Assembly: GCA_050331455.1 (NCBI GenBank)
Contig: JBHJGV010000058.1
Location: forward strand, 7,324 to 71,323
Length of the DNA: 64,000 nucleotides
Reading direction: 5' to 3'
Source: Alphaproteobacteria bacterium
Lineage (GTDB): Bacteria > Pseudomonadota > Alphaproteobacteria > JAJFIK01
Position numbers and translations under genes: made by a program. Under the pieces are notes generated by a model. That model was not told where the DNA came from, searched no databases, and worked only from the letters and a program-made list of their open reading frames with translations. Positions 17,012 to 27,037 of the stretch are shown in pieces. How positions within the stretch are numbered: position 1 is the stretch's first letter; each line of letters begins with the position of its first letter.

Positions 17012-18559
17012 TTAGATCACCGCGTCGATCAGTACAGGCCCTTTGGTGGCGAGACCGGTTTTGAAGGCCTGGATGAAGTCTTCCGTGGTCTCGGCGCGCA
17101 GGGCCGTGACGCCCATGCCCTCCGCCAGCTTCACCCAGTTGAGGTCCGGGCGGCCGATATCGAGCATGGAGAGGGCCTTTGGGCCCGGATTTTCCGCCCC
17201 CACCCGGGCCAGCTCGATATTCAGGATCGCATAGGAGCGATTGTCGAAAATCACCGTCAGGACGTCCAGGTTTTCCCGGGCCATGGTCCACAGGGCCTGC
17301 ACCGTGTACATGGCGCCGCCGTCCCCATGCAGACAAATCACCTTGCGGTCCGGGCAGGCGACCGCCGCACCGGTCGCCGTGGGCAGGCCCCAGCCAATGG
17401 CCCCGCCCGTAAGGCTCAACCAGTCATGGGGCGGACAGCCCAGGGTGTGGATGAAGGAGGCGAGACCGGCCGTGACCCCTTCGTCCACCATGATGGCATT
17501 GTCCGGCATCAGGGCCCCGATCACCCGGCCTACACCATCGGCCGTGAGAGCGCCGGCCTCGGGCAGATCCGGACGCACCGGAGCCTGACGGTTCCGGGCC
17601 CTCGGTGCAGCGCCCAACGTATCGGCCAGGGCTTCCGCCGCGATCTCGGCGTCCTCTTCCGGGCCGGCCAGCGTCTCGACGGCGCAGCCCTCAGGGACCA
17701 GAAGGCTCGGCTTGCCGGGATAGGCGAAAAAGGCCACAGGCACTTTGGTTCCCACAAAGACCATCAGGTCATGGGCGCTCAAGGCATCCATGGCCGTCTC
17801 GCCGAAATAAGGAATGGGCCCGGCCTTCACCCGGCCGGCACCCCGCGCCACGCGCTTGTTGAAGGTGTCGCAATAAAGGGCGGCGCCGCTCGCTTCGGCG
17901 ATCCGGCCGGCCGCCTCAAGACCGCGCTCCAGGGTCGCCCGGCTGCCCAGGACCAGGGCCGGGGATTTCGCGTCGCGCAGGGCTTTGGCGACGGCCTCGA
18001 TCCGGTCCGCTGGCACGCTCGCCGCGCCGGACACGGTGACCGGGGCGGCGACGGCTGCGCCCTCGTTCCAGGCCGTGTCCGCGGGCACGGCAAGGGTCGC
18101 GATGCGCCCCGGATAGGCGCGGGACGCGGCCACGGCCTCGGCGCCAAGGCCCGGCAGGCTGTCCGCAGTGAGGGCCGTGCGGTACCAGGCCGAGACCGGC
18201 CCGGCGATCCCGGCGAGATCAGAGGTGAGCGGCGCATCGTGGTGCAGGTGATAGGTGGCGTGGTCTCCCACAATGTTGACGATGGGCGAGCGGCCGCGCC
18301 GGGCATTGTGCAGATTGGCAATGCCGTTGCCGAGGCCCGGACCCAGATGGAGAAGGGTCGCGGCGGGCTTGTCGGCCATGCGTCCGTACCCGTCGGCCGC
18401 GCCGGTCACCACGCCTTCGAACAGGCCGAGCACGGCGCGCATGCCCTCCACCCGGTCGATGGCGGCCACCAGATGCATTTCCGATGTACCGGGATTGGTG
18501 AAGACGACCTCGACACCGCTCGCCACCAGGGTGCGCACCAGCGCTTCGGCTCCGTTCAT
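17012..18559 (-). CDS. Thiamine-pyrophosphate enzyme, acetolactate synthase large subunit-like. The track ORF extends to 18652.
   Basis: N-terminal TPP_enzyme_N pattern MNGAEALVRTLVASGVEVVFTNPGTSEMHLVAAI, and a C-terminal TPP-binding GDG motif region. GGAGGAG RBS. Confidence 0.85.
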   Translation of the reverse strand: MNGAEALVRTLVASGVEVVFTNPGTSEMHLVAAIDRVEGMRAVLGLFEGVVTGAADGYGRMADKPAATLLHLGPGLGNGIANLHNARRGRSPIVNIVGDHATYHLHHDAPLTSDLAGIAGPVSAWYRTALTADSLPGLGAEAVAASRAYPGRIATLAVPADTAWNEGAAVAAPVTVSGAASVPADRIEAVAKALRDAKSPALVLGSRATLERGLEAAGRIAEASGAALYCDTFNKRVARGAGRVKAGPIPYFGETAMDALSAHDLMVFVGTKVPVAFFAYPGKPSLLVPEGCAVETLAGPEEDAEIAAEALADTLGAAPRARNRQAPVRPDLPEAGALTADGVGRVIGALMPDNAIMVDEGVTAGLASFIHTLGCPPHDWLSLTGGAIGWGLPTATGAAVACPDRKVICLHGDGGAMYTVQALWTMARENLDVLTVIFDNRSYAILNIELARVGAENPGPKALSMLDIGRPDLNWVKLAEGMGVTALRAETTEDFIQAFKTGLATKGPVLIDAVI

Positions 18560-18664
18560 GGGCTCTCTCCTCCATTCGGGGCGCCGTGACAGGCTCGCCC
18601 CCTTTTCTGTTCGTACCGGCACCGTTCCGGCCCAGCTGCCGGCCGAGATCACCGCAGGGCGAGA

Positions 18665-19327
18665 TCACCGCAGGGCATCGACCACCCGCTCGATCAGCAC
18701 GCCGAAGCCGAGTGCGGTGATTATGCCCCCGGAAATGCGATTTAGCCATTTCAGCCGGGAATAGGTCATGCGGCTCTGGAGCCGGCCCATGAGGCCGGTC
18801 AGCGTGCCCCACCACACCAGGGAGCCGAGGATGACCGAGCCCACCGTGACCCCCGCCGTCGCATAGCTGGGATTGTCCATCAGCCCCCGGCCCAGCCAGG
18901 AGGAAAACAGCGCCCCGAAGCCGATCAGCGTCGCCGGATTGGTGATGGTGAGCACAAAGGTGGTCGCGATGGTGGGCCCGAGGGCGATGGCGCTGTTGGG
19001 ATCGGGCAGGGAGACATCGGGCCGGTTGGTGAAGGGCCGGGGATTGGCCATGATGGTATGCACGCCCATGATCACGAGGATCACGCCGCCCACGGATTTA
19101 ATTGTGTCGGAATAGGCCTCAATGCCGGCGGAAATCGCCGTCAGGCCGAAGGCGACCACCACCGCGAACAGACCATCGCCCAGCGCGGCCCCGGTGCCGG
19201 ACAGGAAGCCATTCAGCCGTCCGAACGCCAAAGTGCGCCGGATACAGATGAGATTGACCGGCCCGACGGGCGCCGCGACGATCACACCGATGATGACGCC
19301 GCTGAAAATCAGGATCACCCAGTCCAT
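18665..19327 (-). CDS. LysE/RhtB-family amino-acid efflux protein. The track ORF extends to 19540.
   Basis: MDWVILIFSGVIIGVIVAAPVGPVNLICIRRTLAFG and six TM helices typical of LysE. GGGGAGA RBS. Confidence 0.8.
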   Translation of the reverse strand: MDWVILIFSGVIIGVIVAAPVGPVNLICIRRTLAFGRLNGFLSGTGAALGDGLFAVVVAFGLTAISAGIEAYSDTIKSVGGVILVIMGVHTIMANPRPFTNRPDVSLPDPNSAIALGPTIATTFVLTITNPATLIGFGALFSSWLGRGLMDNPSYATAGVTVGSVILGSLVWWGTLTGLMGRLQSRMTYSRLKWLNRISGGIITALGFGVLIERVVDALR

Positions 19328-19395
19328 GGGCCGTTGTTCTCCCCTGTGGACGGAACCGGCACCGCCATGGTCCGTCCCGCCCCCGCCGCCCTGTT

Positions 19396-20422
19396 TCAGC
19401 CGGCGATCCGCACCACAGTACGCCCACGCACCTGCCCTTCCAGGATGCGCTCCGCCAGGGCCGGACAGTCTTCCAGCGGGACGACCTGGGTGATGGCCGC
19501 CAGAAGCGACGGATCGAGATCCGCGGCCATGCGAGCCCATGCCTCCTGCCGCCGCGTCCGCGGAGCATAGACACTGTCGACGCCGAGCAGATTGACCCCG
19601 CGCAAGATGAAGGGCGCCACGGAACCCGGCAGGTCCATCCCCTGGGCAAGGCCGCAGGCGGCAACCGAACCGCCATAGCGGGTTTGGGACAGCGCATTGG
19701 CGAGGGTGTTCGAGCCCACCGAGTCCACGACGCCCGCCCAGCGCTCCTTGCCGAGCGCCCGAGGCTTGGCCGACAGCTCCGCCCGGTCGATGATCGCGCT
19801 GGCTCCGAGCCCGCGCAGATAAATCTCCTCGGATGCCCGCCCCGTGGAGGCCACAACCTCATGGCCCAGCCTGGCAAGGATCGCGATGGCCACGCTGCCC
19901 ACGCCGCCGGCGGCGCCCGTGACCAGGATGGGCCCATCCCCCGGGGCAATGCCCTGGCGCTCCAGGGCCAGGACGCACAGCATGGCCGTATAGCCGGCCG
20001 TACCGATGGCCATGGCCTGTTCCGGCGTGAAGGCATCCGGCAGGGGCACCAGCCAGTCGCCGCTGACCCGGGCCAGTTCCGCATAACCGCCCCAATGGGT
20101 CTCCCCGAGGCCCCAGCCATTCAGGACCACGGGGGTACCGACGGGCAGGTCGGTCCGCGCGGACTGTTCGACCACGCCGGCAAAATCGATACCGGGGATC
20201 ATGGGCCAGCGGCGCACCACCGGCGCCCGGCCGGTCAGCGCCAGGCCGTCCTTGTAGTTCAGGGAAGAATGGGAGACCCGCACCGTCACATCCCCGGGCA
20301 TGAGGTGATCGACGGGCACCTGGGTGACGGCCACGGTCTGGAGGACCGACGGCTCGCCCGGGCCCCCGCTCGCGGGCTCGGGCTTCGTGATCAGGATCGC
20401 GCGGAAGGTCTCGCTCACGCTT
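19396..20422 (-). CDS. YhdH/AcuI-type NADPH:quinone / acrylyl-CoA reductase (MDR superfamily). The track ORF extends to 20595.
   Basis: [18 protein letters not shown]...GIDFAGVV...GYAELARV...[30 protein letters not shown] is the YhdH-subfamily pattern. GTG start with GAAGGGGA RBS. Confidence 0.85.
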
Positions 20423-20552
20423 CTGGTCCCCTTCGTTTTTTCCGGTCTTTTTATTCCGTCATGACCGCCATCATGGTTGGCTAGCACAGCTGGACCGCGG
20501 CGGCCAATCGCGGGACAAGGCCCGCCACGGGGCCAAACCTTGGGCGCAAGCT

Positions 20553-20939
20553 TTGGAGACACCGACCGTGCATCTCGTCCACGACCCTTCAGCACCGGCG
20601 GCCGACGCCACCGATTTCAACACGTTCCTGCGCCTCGATATCCGGGCGGGCACCATCGTCTCGGCGGATCCCTTTCCCGAAGCGCGCAAGCCCGCCTACA
20701 AGCTGCGCATCGATTTCGGGGCGGGCATTGGCGTGCGCGCCTCCTCGGCCCAGATCACCGAACTCTACCGCCCGGAAGACCTGGAAGGCATGCGGGTGGC
20801 CGCGCTGGTGAACGTCCCGCCCCGCCGGATCGGGCCGTTCCTCTCCGAAGTTCTGACCCTCGGCTTTCCGGATACGCAGGGGCGGATCGTGCTGATGACA
20901 CCCGGGGACAGCGTTCCCGACGGCGCGCGGTTGAGCTGA
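20553..20939 (+). CDS. csaA: tRNA-binding protein CsaA/YgjH family
   Basis: [32 protein letters not shown] ... [22 protein letters not shown] is the tRNA_bind (CsaA) domain. Confidence 0.8.
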   Translation: METPTVHLVHDPSAPAADATDFNTFLRLDIRAGTIVSADPFPEARKPAYKLRIDFGAGIGVRASSAQITELYRPEDLEGMRVAALVNVPPRRIGPFLSEVLTLGFPDTQGRIVLMTPGDSVPDGARLS

Positions 20940-21103
20940 AGGGCGGCGGCGGAGCCCATTTTTTAGCACTCGCCACTGGAGGCTGCTAATTTAATTGCTC
21001 AAAATGACGCTCTCTCGCATTTATCTTGCGATAAACACTCGACAGAAAGGGTATCCGTTGTTCTCATAGGGACAGGCCGCATACGTATCAGTGGAGTAAG
21101 CCC

Positions 21104-21367
21104 ATGTCCGGTCTGAAGGCCCAGCTTGACGGATATCGTCTGACGACGGCGGAAATTCTATACCACATGCCCGACCATCCGGGCCTTCTGCAGACCTATG
21201 TCTGGCAGGAACTGGATCTCGCGCCGCGCTTTCCCGTGCTGAAACGGTTCCTGGATTTCTGGGAGGGCCATCTCGACGGCCGGCTCCATTCCGTGCGCGT
21301 TGCCGCCACAGGCATCATTTCGCCCGGCGAGTCCCGCCACGCGGATGCCCTTTTGACCCTGCACTGA
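21104..21367 (+). CDS. usg: Usg-family protein
   Basis: LTTAEILYHMPDHPGLLQTYVWQELDLAPRFPVLKRFLDFWEGHLDGRLHSVRV matches the conserved alphaproteobacterial Usg family. Confidence 0.75.
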   Translation: MSGLKAQLDGYRLTTAEILYHMPDHPGLLQTYVWQELDLAPRFPVLKRFLDFWEGHLDGRLHSVRVAATGIISPGESRHADALLTLH

Positions 21368-21439
21368 CGGTTAAGGTGGCCTCACCGTGCAGAATGGGGC
21401 TTGCCCCCATCTCACTGGAAACATCCGGGCACGGCCCTG

Positions 21440-22777
21440 TCAGCCCGCCGCGGCGGGCAGGGTTTCCTGGAAGCGCACGGCCCGGCCGCCGGCGGCGCCG
21501 GTCAGTTCGCCGTCCCACATGACCGTACGGCCGCGGATGATGGTCCCGACCGGCCAACCCTTCAGGGTGCGCCCGGTAAAGGGGGACCAACCGCATTTGC
21601 TGGCCATGTCCTCGTCCCGCACCATGCGTTCCGCGGACAGATCGACCACGGTGAAATCCGCATCATATCCGGCCATCATCCGTCCCTTGCCAGCGATGCC
21701 GAAAATGCGCTGGGGTCCGTGGCAGAGCAGATCCACGAGCCGCGTCAGGCTCAAGGTTCCCTCGTTCACATGGGTCAGCATGACCGGCACCAGGGTCTGC
21801 ACCCCCGGCATGCCCGAGGGCGATTTGGGATAGGCCTGGGCCTTTTCCTCCAGCGTGTGGGGGGCATGGTCCGAGCCGAGAACATCGACCACGCCCGCGT
21901 GGAGCCCGGCCCAGATGCCGGCCCGGTGGCGCCCATCCCGAACGGGCGGGTTCATCTGGGCGCGCGTGCCCAAGGTCTCGTAGCAGCCGGGGGCCTCCAG
22001 GGTCAGATGCTGGGGTGTCGTCTCCACCGTGGCCACGTCCCGGTACTGGGCCAGGAGATCCATCTCCTCGGCCGTGGAGATATGGAGCACATGGACCCGC
22101 GCCCCGGTTTCCCGGGCAATGGCGAGCAGACGCCGGGTGCATTGGATGGCCGCCTCAGCGTCCCGCCACTCAGGATGGGTGAGCACATTGCCCAATTCCG
22201 CCAAGGGCCGGCGCTCGCGCAGGCGCATCTCGTCCTCGGCGTGGAAAGCCGCGCGCCGGCGGATGGTCTTCAGCACCCGGCGCACACCGTCGTCATCTTC
22301 CAACAAAAGCGAGCCTGTGGAAGACCCCATGAAGACCTTCACGCCGCAACAGCCCGGCAGGCGCTCCAGATCGGCGAGCTGATCCGCGTTTTCCGCCGTC
22401 CCGCCGACGAAAAAGGCAAAATCGCACCACATGCGGTCCGTGGCCCGCGCGACCTTGTCAGCCAAAGCCTCGGCCGTCGCCGTCGGCGGCTTGGTGTTGG
22501 GCATCTCGAACACCGCCGTCACGCCGCCGAGGGCTGCGGCCCGGCTGCCGGTCTCCAGATCCTCCTTGTGCTCCATGCCCGGCTCACGGAAATGGACCTG
22601 AGTGTCGATCACCCCCGGCAGCACATGGAGGCCTTTGACGTCAATCACGTGCTTGGCGCCAGCGGCATCGAGGGAGCCCAGGGCCTCGATCCGGCCGTCC
22701 CGCACCCCCACATCCCCTTGAGCCACGCCGTCATGGTTCACGAGGGTGCCGTTTTTCAGGACTAGGTCGAAGGTCAT
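21440..22777 (-). CDS. pyrC: Dihydroorotase (cyclic amidohydrolase, class I type). The track ORF extends to 22897.
   Basis: LPGVIDTQVHFREPGMEHKEDLETGSRAAALGGVTAVFEMPNT metal-binding H-x-H region, and DHAPH later. An allantoinase or hydantoinase paralogue cannot be excluded from sequence alone. Confidence 0.75.
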   Translation of the reverse strand: MTFDLVLKNGTLVNHDGVAQGDVGVRDGRIEALGSLDAAGAKHVIDVKGLHVLPGVIDTQVHFREPGMEHKEDLETGSRAAALGGVTAVFEMPNTKPPTATAEALADKVARATDRMWCDFAFFVGGTAENADQLADLERLPGCCGVKVFMGSSTGSLLLEDDDGVRRVLKTIRRRAAFHAEDEMRLRERRPLAELGNVLTHPEWRDAEAAIQCTRRLLAIARETGARVHVLHISTAEEMDLLAQYRDVATVETTPQHLTLEAPGCYETLGTRAQMNPPVRDGRHRAGIWAGLHAGVVDVLGSDHAPHTLEEKAQAYPKSPSGMPGVQTLVPVMLTHVNEGTLSLTRLVDLLCHGPQRIFGIAGKGRMMAGYDADFTVVDLSAERMVRDEDMASKCGWSPFTGRTLKGWPVGTIIRGRTVMWDGELTGAAGGRAVRFQETLPAAAG

Positions 22778-22869
22778 GGATCGCGTCCCCCAAAAATGGC
22801 GCGGAAAACGGTATCGCTGGGCCGCGCTCGCCTTACACTCCGTTGCGAAGGATATAACGGGAGTCCGCC

Positions 22870-23811
22870 ATGATTTCACCAGAAAGTGACGTTGCATTAG
22901 TTCTGCCCATCACTCAGGTCCCCCTCGAGGATCGCGCCGTGCTGCGCGTCGAAGGCCCCGAGGGCCGCAGCTTTCTCCAGGGTCTGATTTCGAACGATGT
23001 CGAGAAGGTCACGCCGGAGCGGGCGATCTACGCGGCGCTGCTGACCCCCCAGGGCAAGTTCCTGTTCGACTTCATCATCGCCCAGCATGGCGACGGCCTG
23101 CTGTTCGACACCGAGGCCGCCCGGGCGGACCAGCTTCTCAAACGCCTGACCATGTACAAGCTGCGCGCCAAGGCGACCGTCACGGATGTTTCAAAGGATT
23201 GGTGTGTGCACGCCGTGTTTCCGGCCCAGACGGACTTGCTCCCGGGCGCCGCACGCACCGATGGAGACACCCTGTTCGTCGCCGACCCACGCCACGCGGC
23301 CCTCGGCCTGCGGATCATCCGTCCCCGGTCCGCCGCCCTGCCGGACCTGTTGGCCGGCGTGTCCCAGGGCACGATGGAGGACTACACCCGCCACCGCATC
23401 GCCCTCGGCGTGCCCCAGGGTGGGATCGATATGGTGCCCGACGCGTCCTTCCTGCTGGAGAGCAACGTGGAGGAAATGCACGGTGTCGATTTCCAGAAGG
23501 GCTGCTATGTGGGCCAGGAACTCACGGCACGGACCAAACACCGGGGCAGCGTGCGCAAGCGGATCCTGCCCCTCGACCTTGAGGGCGGTGTGCCGGAGAC
23601 GGGCAGCGCGGTGGAAGCTGGCGGACGGGACATCGGCACCGTGACCAGCGGTGTGGCCCTGGGTCCGGACCGGGCCCGGGTGCTGGCCCTGATGCGTATC
23701 GACCGGCTGTCCGAGGCCGAGGCCGCGGGCCATGGCCTGACCATTGCCGGCCGCGAGGCGGTTCTGGAAAAGCCCGACTGGGTCGTGCTTCCCAAAATCG
23801 AAGGAGCATGA
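22870..23811 (+). CDS. ygfZ: Folate-binding Fe-S cluster repair protein YgfZ (GcvT-like)
   Basis: Conserved KGCYVGQELTART motif, a YgfZ signature, plus GcvT-like fold. Confidence 0.8.
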   Translation: MISPESDVALVLPITQVPLEDRAVLRVEGPEGRSFLQGLISNDVEKVTPERAIYAALLTPQGKFLFDFIIAQHGDGLLFDTEAARADQLLKRLTMYKLRAKATVTDVSKDWCVHAVFPAQTDLLPGAARTDGDTLFVADPRHAALGLRIIRPRSAALPDLLAGVSQGTMEDYTRHRIALGVPQGGIDMVPDASFLLESNVEEMHGVDFQKGCYVGQELTARTKHRGSVRKRILPLDLEGGVPETGSAVEAGGRDIGTVTSGVALGPDRARVLALMRIDRLSEAEAAGHGLTIAGREAVLEKPDWVVLPKIEGA

Positions 23812-23815
23812 GGCC

Positions 23816-24226
23816 ATGAGAGCGATTGTCGTTGCCGGCCTTGCCTTTGCTGCCGTCGCGCTGCTGGGTGCGGGCCTCACCGGGCCGGGCCGGCTCGACC
23901 GCTGTGTTGGCACACGGATGATCGAGACGACGCTTTACTTCGGCATGTCTTCGCCCGACGGCATGATGTATGAGGAAGATTGGTTGGCCTTCCGGGACAG
24001 CCATATCGTCCCCCGCTTCAAGGAAGGCTTCACCCTGCTGCGCGGTGAAGGGCACTGGCAGGATCCGGACACGGGCTTCCACGCCGGCGAGGCCTCCCGT
24101 GTGCTGGTCCGTGTGCATGACGGGAGCGACGATGGCGCTTTCGACGATCTGATCGAGGTCTATAAGACTCGGTTCAAGCAAAAATCTGTCCTGCGCACCG
24201 ATGCCCAGATCTGCGCCCAGTTCTAA
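23816..24226 (+). CDS. Hypothetical exported protein (signal peptide)
   Basis: N-terminal MRAIVVAGLAFAAVALLGAGL signal peptide. Begins 4 nt after ygfZ. The track ORF starts at 23744. Confidence 0.45.
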   Translation: MRAIVVAGLAFAAVALLGAGLTGPGRLDRCVGTRMIETTLYFGMSSPDGMMYEEDWLAFRDSHIVPRFKEGFTLLRGEGHWQDPDTGFHAGEASRVLVRVHDGSDDGAFDDLIEVYKTRFKQKSVLRTDAQICAQF

Positions 24227-24227
24227 G

Positions 24228-24270
24228 CCCGGTTTCTGGGCCCGGTTTCTGGGCCCCGTTCTGAGCCCCA
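24228..24270. repeat. 13-bp tandem repeat, 3 copies (GCCCGGTTTCTGG / GCCCGGTTTCTGG / GCCCCGTTCTGAG)
   Basis: Read directly, immediately after the stop at 24226. Confidence 0.6.
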
Positions 24271-24539
24271 GGGTCGGCGGCTCTCACCCCAAACAGATCC
24301 TTGCGTCACTGCGAGGAGCGAAGCGACGCGGCAGCCCAGGGTAAGGGCACCTCCTCATACGGAAAAATATCCCGCGCCCCTGGATCGCCACGCTGCGCTC
24401 GCGATGACGGCGCAAACGGCGCAGAAGCCAGAGCCGAGCAGGACAAGCCGCTCCGTGGACAGACAAGGCACAGATTTTCCCGCGTCGCAGGCATCGGGCA
24501 TGGCAGGTCTCGCCTTTAACGGTCCGTCTCGTCCCCTAG

Positions 24540-24557
24540 CGTATGGCCGGCCATACG
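24540..24557. promoter_or_regulatory. Perfect 18-bp palindrome CGTATGGCCGGCCATACG upstream of the VOC/glyoxalase-family gene. Candidate operator.
   Basis: Exact dyad symmetry read from the sequence, about 155 nt upstream of the start at 24713. Confidence 0.3.
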
Positions 24558-24712
24558 AATAGTCTGCCTGACTGTTCCCACGGAAACAAAGGCGACGATC
24601 CACGGCTTTCACACGGAAAATGTTCTTGTTTTGTTCAAATCTCGCTGCTAGCGTCCGACGCCCGAAGACCGCCTTGCGCCAGGCAATCGGTCTGCTGATG
24701 ATGGAGCCTAGC

Positions 24713-25102
24713 ATGACGACCACCGTTATCGACCACCTGTCCGTCGGCGTGACGGACGTGGCCCGGTCCCGCGCCTTCTACGAGCCCGTCCTGGGCACCC
24801 TCGGCCTGCGTCCGGTGCATATCTTCACCCCGGCCATCGCATTCGGCGACACCCAGCCCGTGTTCTGGATTACCCTGCCCCTCAACCAGGACAAGGCCAG
24901 TCCCGGCAACGGGGTTCATGTCTGCTTTCGGGCCATGTCCCAGCCCGCCGTGCGGGCCTTCCATGCCGCGGGCCTTGCCGCCGGGGGGCGGGACGCGGGC
25001 GAGCCGGGCCTGCGCGTCCAATATCTGCCGACCTATTTCGCCGCTTATCTGTTCGATCCGGACGGGAACAAGATCGAGGCGGTCTGCTACTCCCGATGGT
25101 AG
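24713..25102 (+). CDS. VOC (glyoxalase/bleomycin-resistance/dioxygenase) family protein
   Basis: IDHLSVGVTDVARSRAFYEPVLG ... FDPDGNKIEAV matches the VOC fold. Confidence 0.75.
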   Translation: MTTTVIDHLSVGVTDVARSRAFYEPVLGTLGLRPVHIFTPAIAFGDTQPVFWITLPLNQDKASPGNGVHVCFRAMSQPAVRAFHAAGLAAGGRDAGEPGLRVQYLPTYFAAYLFDPDGNKIEAVCYSRW

Positions 25103-25131
25103 CCCCGACCGTCAGACGAGGAACGAACACC

Positions 25132-25728
25132 ATGACACCCATCGACCATGGGGAGGGGCGTTGCCCCTGGCCCGGCAAGGACCCCTTCTACATCGCCTAT
25201 CACGACGAAGAATGGGGCGTGCCCGAATGGGATGACAGGGCCCTGTTCGAAAAGCTGATCCTGGACGGTTTCCAGGCCGGGCTGTCGTGGATCACGATCC
25301 TGCGCAAGCGGGAGAACTTCCGGACGGCCTTCGATGGCTTCGATCCGGAGCGCATCGCCCGTTATGACGACGCCAAGATCGAGACCCTTGTCCAGGATGC
25401 GGGCATCATCCGCCACAGGGGCAAGATCGAGGCGAGCGTCGCAGGCGCCCGGGCCTGGATCGCCATCATGGAGCGCACGGGCGGCTTTTCCGGCTTTGTC
25501 TGGGACTTCGTGGACGGAACGCCGGTGCAGAACGCGTGGACACGGAGCGACGACGTTCCGGCTCAGACATCCATGAGCAAGGCCCTTTCCAAGGCCCTGA
25601 AGACCGAGGGCTTCCGCTTCTGCGGCCCCACGATCGTCTATGCCTTTGCCCAGGCGGTTGGCATGGTGAACGACCATCTGACGACCTGCCCGCGCCACAG
25701 GGCCTGCGCAGACCTCGCGCGCCGGTGA
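25132..25728 (+). CDS. tag: DNA-3-methyladenine glycosylase I
   Basis: RCPWPGKDPFYIAYHDEEWGVP...LILDGFQAGLSWITILRKRENFRTAF is the Tag signature. The cysteines and histidine that bind Zn are present. Confidence 0.85.
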   Translation: MTPIDHGEGRCPWPGKDPFYIAYHDEEWGVPEWDDRALFEKLILDGFQAGLSWITILRKRENFRTAFDGFDPERIARYDDAKIETLVQDAGIIRHRGKIEASVAGARAWIAIMERTGGFSGFVWDFVDGTPVQNAWTRSDDVPAQTSMSKALSKALKTEGFRFCGPTIVYAFAQAVGMVNDHLTTCPRHRACADLARR

Positions 25729-25832
25729 AAACGCCGGACATCCCATGGGTGTCCGTGATTTGCACAGGCTCCGCCGCGCGTCCTATAAGGGGACAAACAA
25801 GCAAAGACCTCCAGAAAAAAGGAAGACGCCCC

Positions 25833-26954
25833 GTGACCGGAGTTCTCCTGAGCGCCACCGGCCTGTTCACGCCTCGCCAGTCCATCGCCAACGAAGATCT
25901 CGTCGCCGCTTTCAACACCTATGTGGAGCGCTACAACGCCAAACACGCCGAGGCCATCGCCGCCGGCACGGTGACGGCGCTCCAGCCGTCGAGTTCGGAG
26001 TTCATCGTCAAGGCGTCCGGCATCAAGAGCCGCTATGTGATGGACCGCGAGGGCGTTCTGGACCCGGACATTATGGCGCCCCGGATCCCGGAGCGGCCCA
26101 ATGACGAGCTGTCCGTTCTCGCCGAAATCGGCGTGGCGGCCGCAAAGGAAGCCATGGAGCGGGCCGGCAAGGGGCCGGGTGACATCGACGCGGTGCTGTG
26201 CGCGTGCTCCAACATGCAGCGCGCCTATCCCGCCATGGCCATCGAGATCCAGTCCGCCCTGGGCATCGGCGGGTTCGGCTTCGACATGAATGTCGCCTGC
26301 TCTTCAGCAACCTTCGGCATACAGACGGCTGTCGACATGGTTCGCTCGGGCAGCGTGCGCACGGTCCTGATGGTCAATCCGGAAATCTGCTCCGGCCACC
26401 TCAATTTCCGGGACCGGGACAGCCATTTCATTTTCGGCGACGTCGCCACGGCCGTGATCATTGAGGACGAGCGACTGCATGGGGCCGGCCCGGCCTTCGA
26501 GGTAATCGGCACCCGGCTCGCCACGCAGTTCTCGAACAATATCCGGAACAATTTCGGCTTCCTCAACCGGACGGCACCAGAAGGCGTGGACGAACCCGAC
26601 AAGCTGTTCGTCCAGGAGGGGCGCAAGGTGTTCCGCGATGTGGTGCCCTGGGTGTCGGACCTGATCCTCGCCCATCTCGCCGACCATGACATCAACCCCG
26701 CCCGCCTACGCCGGCTCTGGCTACACCAGGCCAATATCAACATGAACGACTTCGTCGCTCGCCGCGTGCTGGGTCGGGATCCATCACCGGAGGAAGCGCC
26801 GGTAATCCTTGACGAATACGCCAACACGTCGTCGGCGGGGTCGGTGATCGCCTTTCACAAATACAGCAGTGATCTCACAGCGGGCGATATCGGCCTGCTC
26901 TGCTCCTTCGGCGCCGGCTACTCTGCCGGGTCCGTCATCCTGCGGAAGGTGTGA
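25833..26954 (+). CDS. Beta-ketoacyl-ACP synthase III family protein (FabH-like, about 373 aa). The track ORF is extended upstream to 25536.
   Basis: Active-site Cys context NVACSSATFGIQTA, HQAN (LWLHQANINMN) and NTSSAGS motifs = Cys-His-Asn triad of KAS III. GTG start with AAGGAAGA RBS. Confidence 0.8.
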   Translation: MTGVLLSATGLFTPRQSIANEDLVAAFNTYVERYNAKHAEAIAAGTVTALQPSSSEFIVKASGIKSRYVMDREGVLDPDIMAPRIPERPNDELSVLAEIGVAAAKEAMERAGKGPGDIDAVLCACSNMQRAYPAMAIEIQSALGIGGFGFDMNVACSSATFGIQTAVDMVRSGSVRTVLMVNPEICSGHLNFRDRDSHFIFGDVATAVIIEDERLHGAGPAFEVIGTRLATQFSNNIRNNFGFLNRTAPEGVDEPDKLFVQEGRKVFRDVVPWVSDLILAHLADHDINPARLRRLWLHQANINMNDFVARRVLGRDPSPEEAPVILDEYANTSSAGSVIAFHKYSSDLTAGDIGLLCSFGAGYSAGSVILRKV

Positions 26955-27037
26955 GCCCTCCCCCTGGACCGATGAACTGAAGGAAGGCGGGTCTAAACCC
27001 GCCCTGCCCGGCCGCGCGCGGGGGTGATGCGGGACGG

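Noticed and set aside
16526-18589. 687-aa ORF on the plus strand
   Set aside because: Antisense to the TPP-enzyme gene. Composition (Arg/Gly/Ala/Pro-rich) is typical of high-GC shadow ORFs. No recognisable domain.
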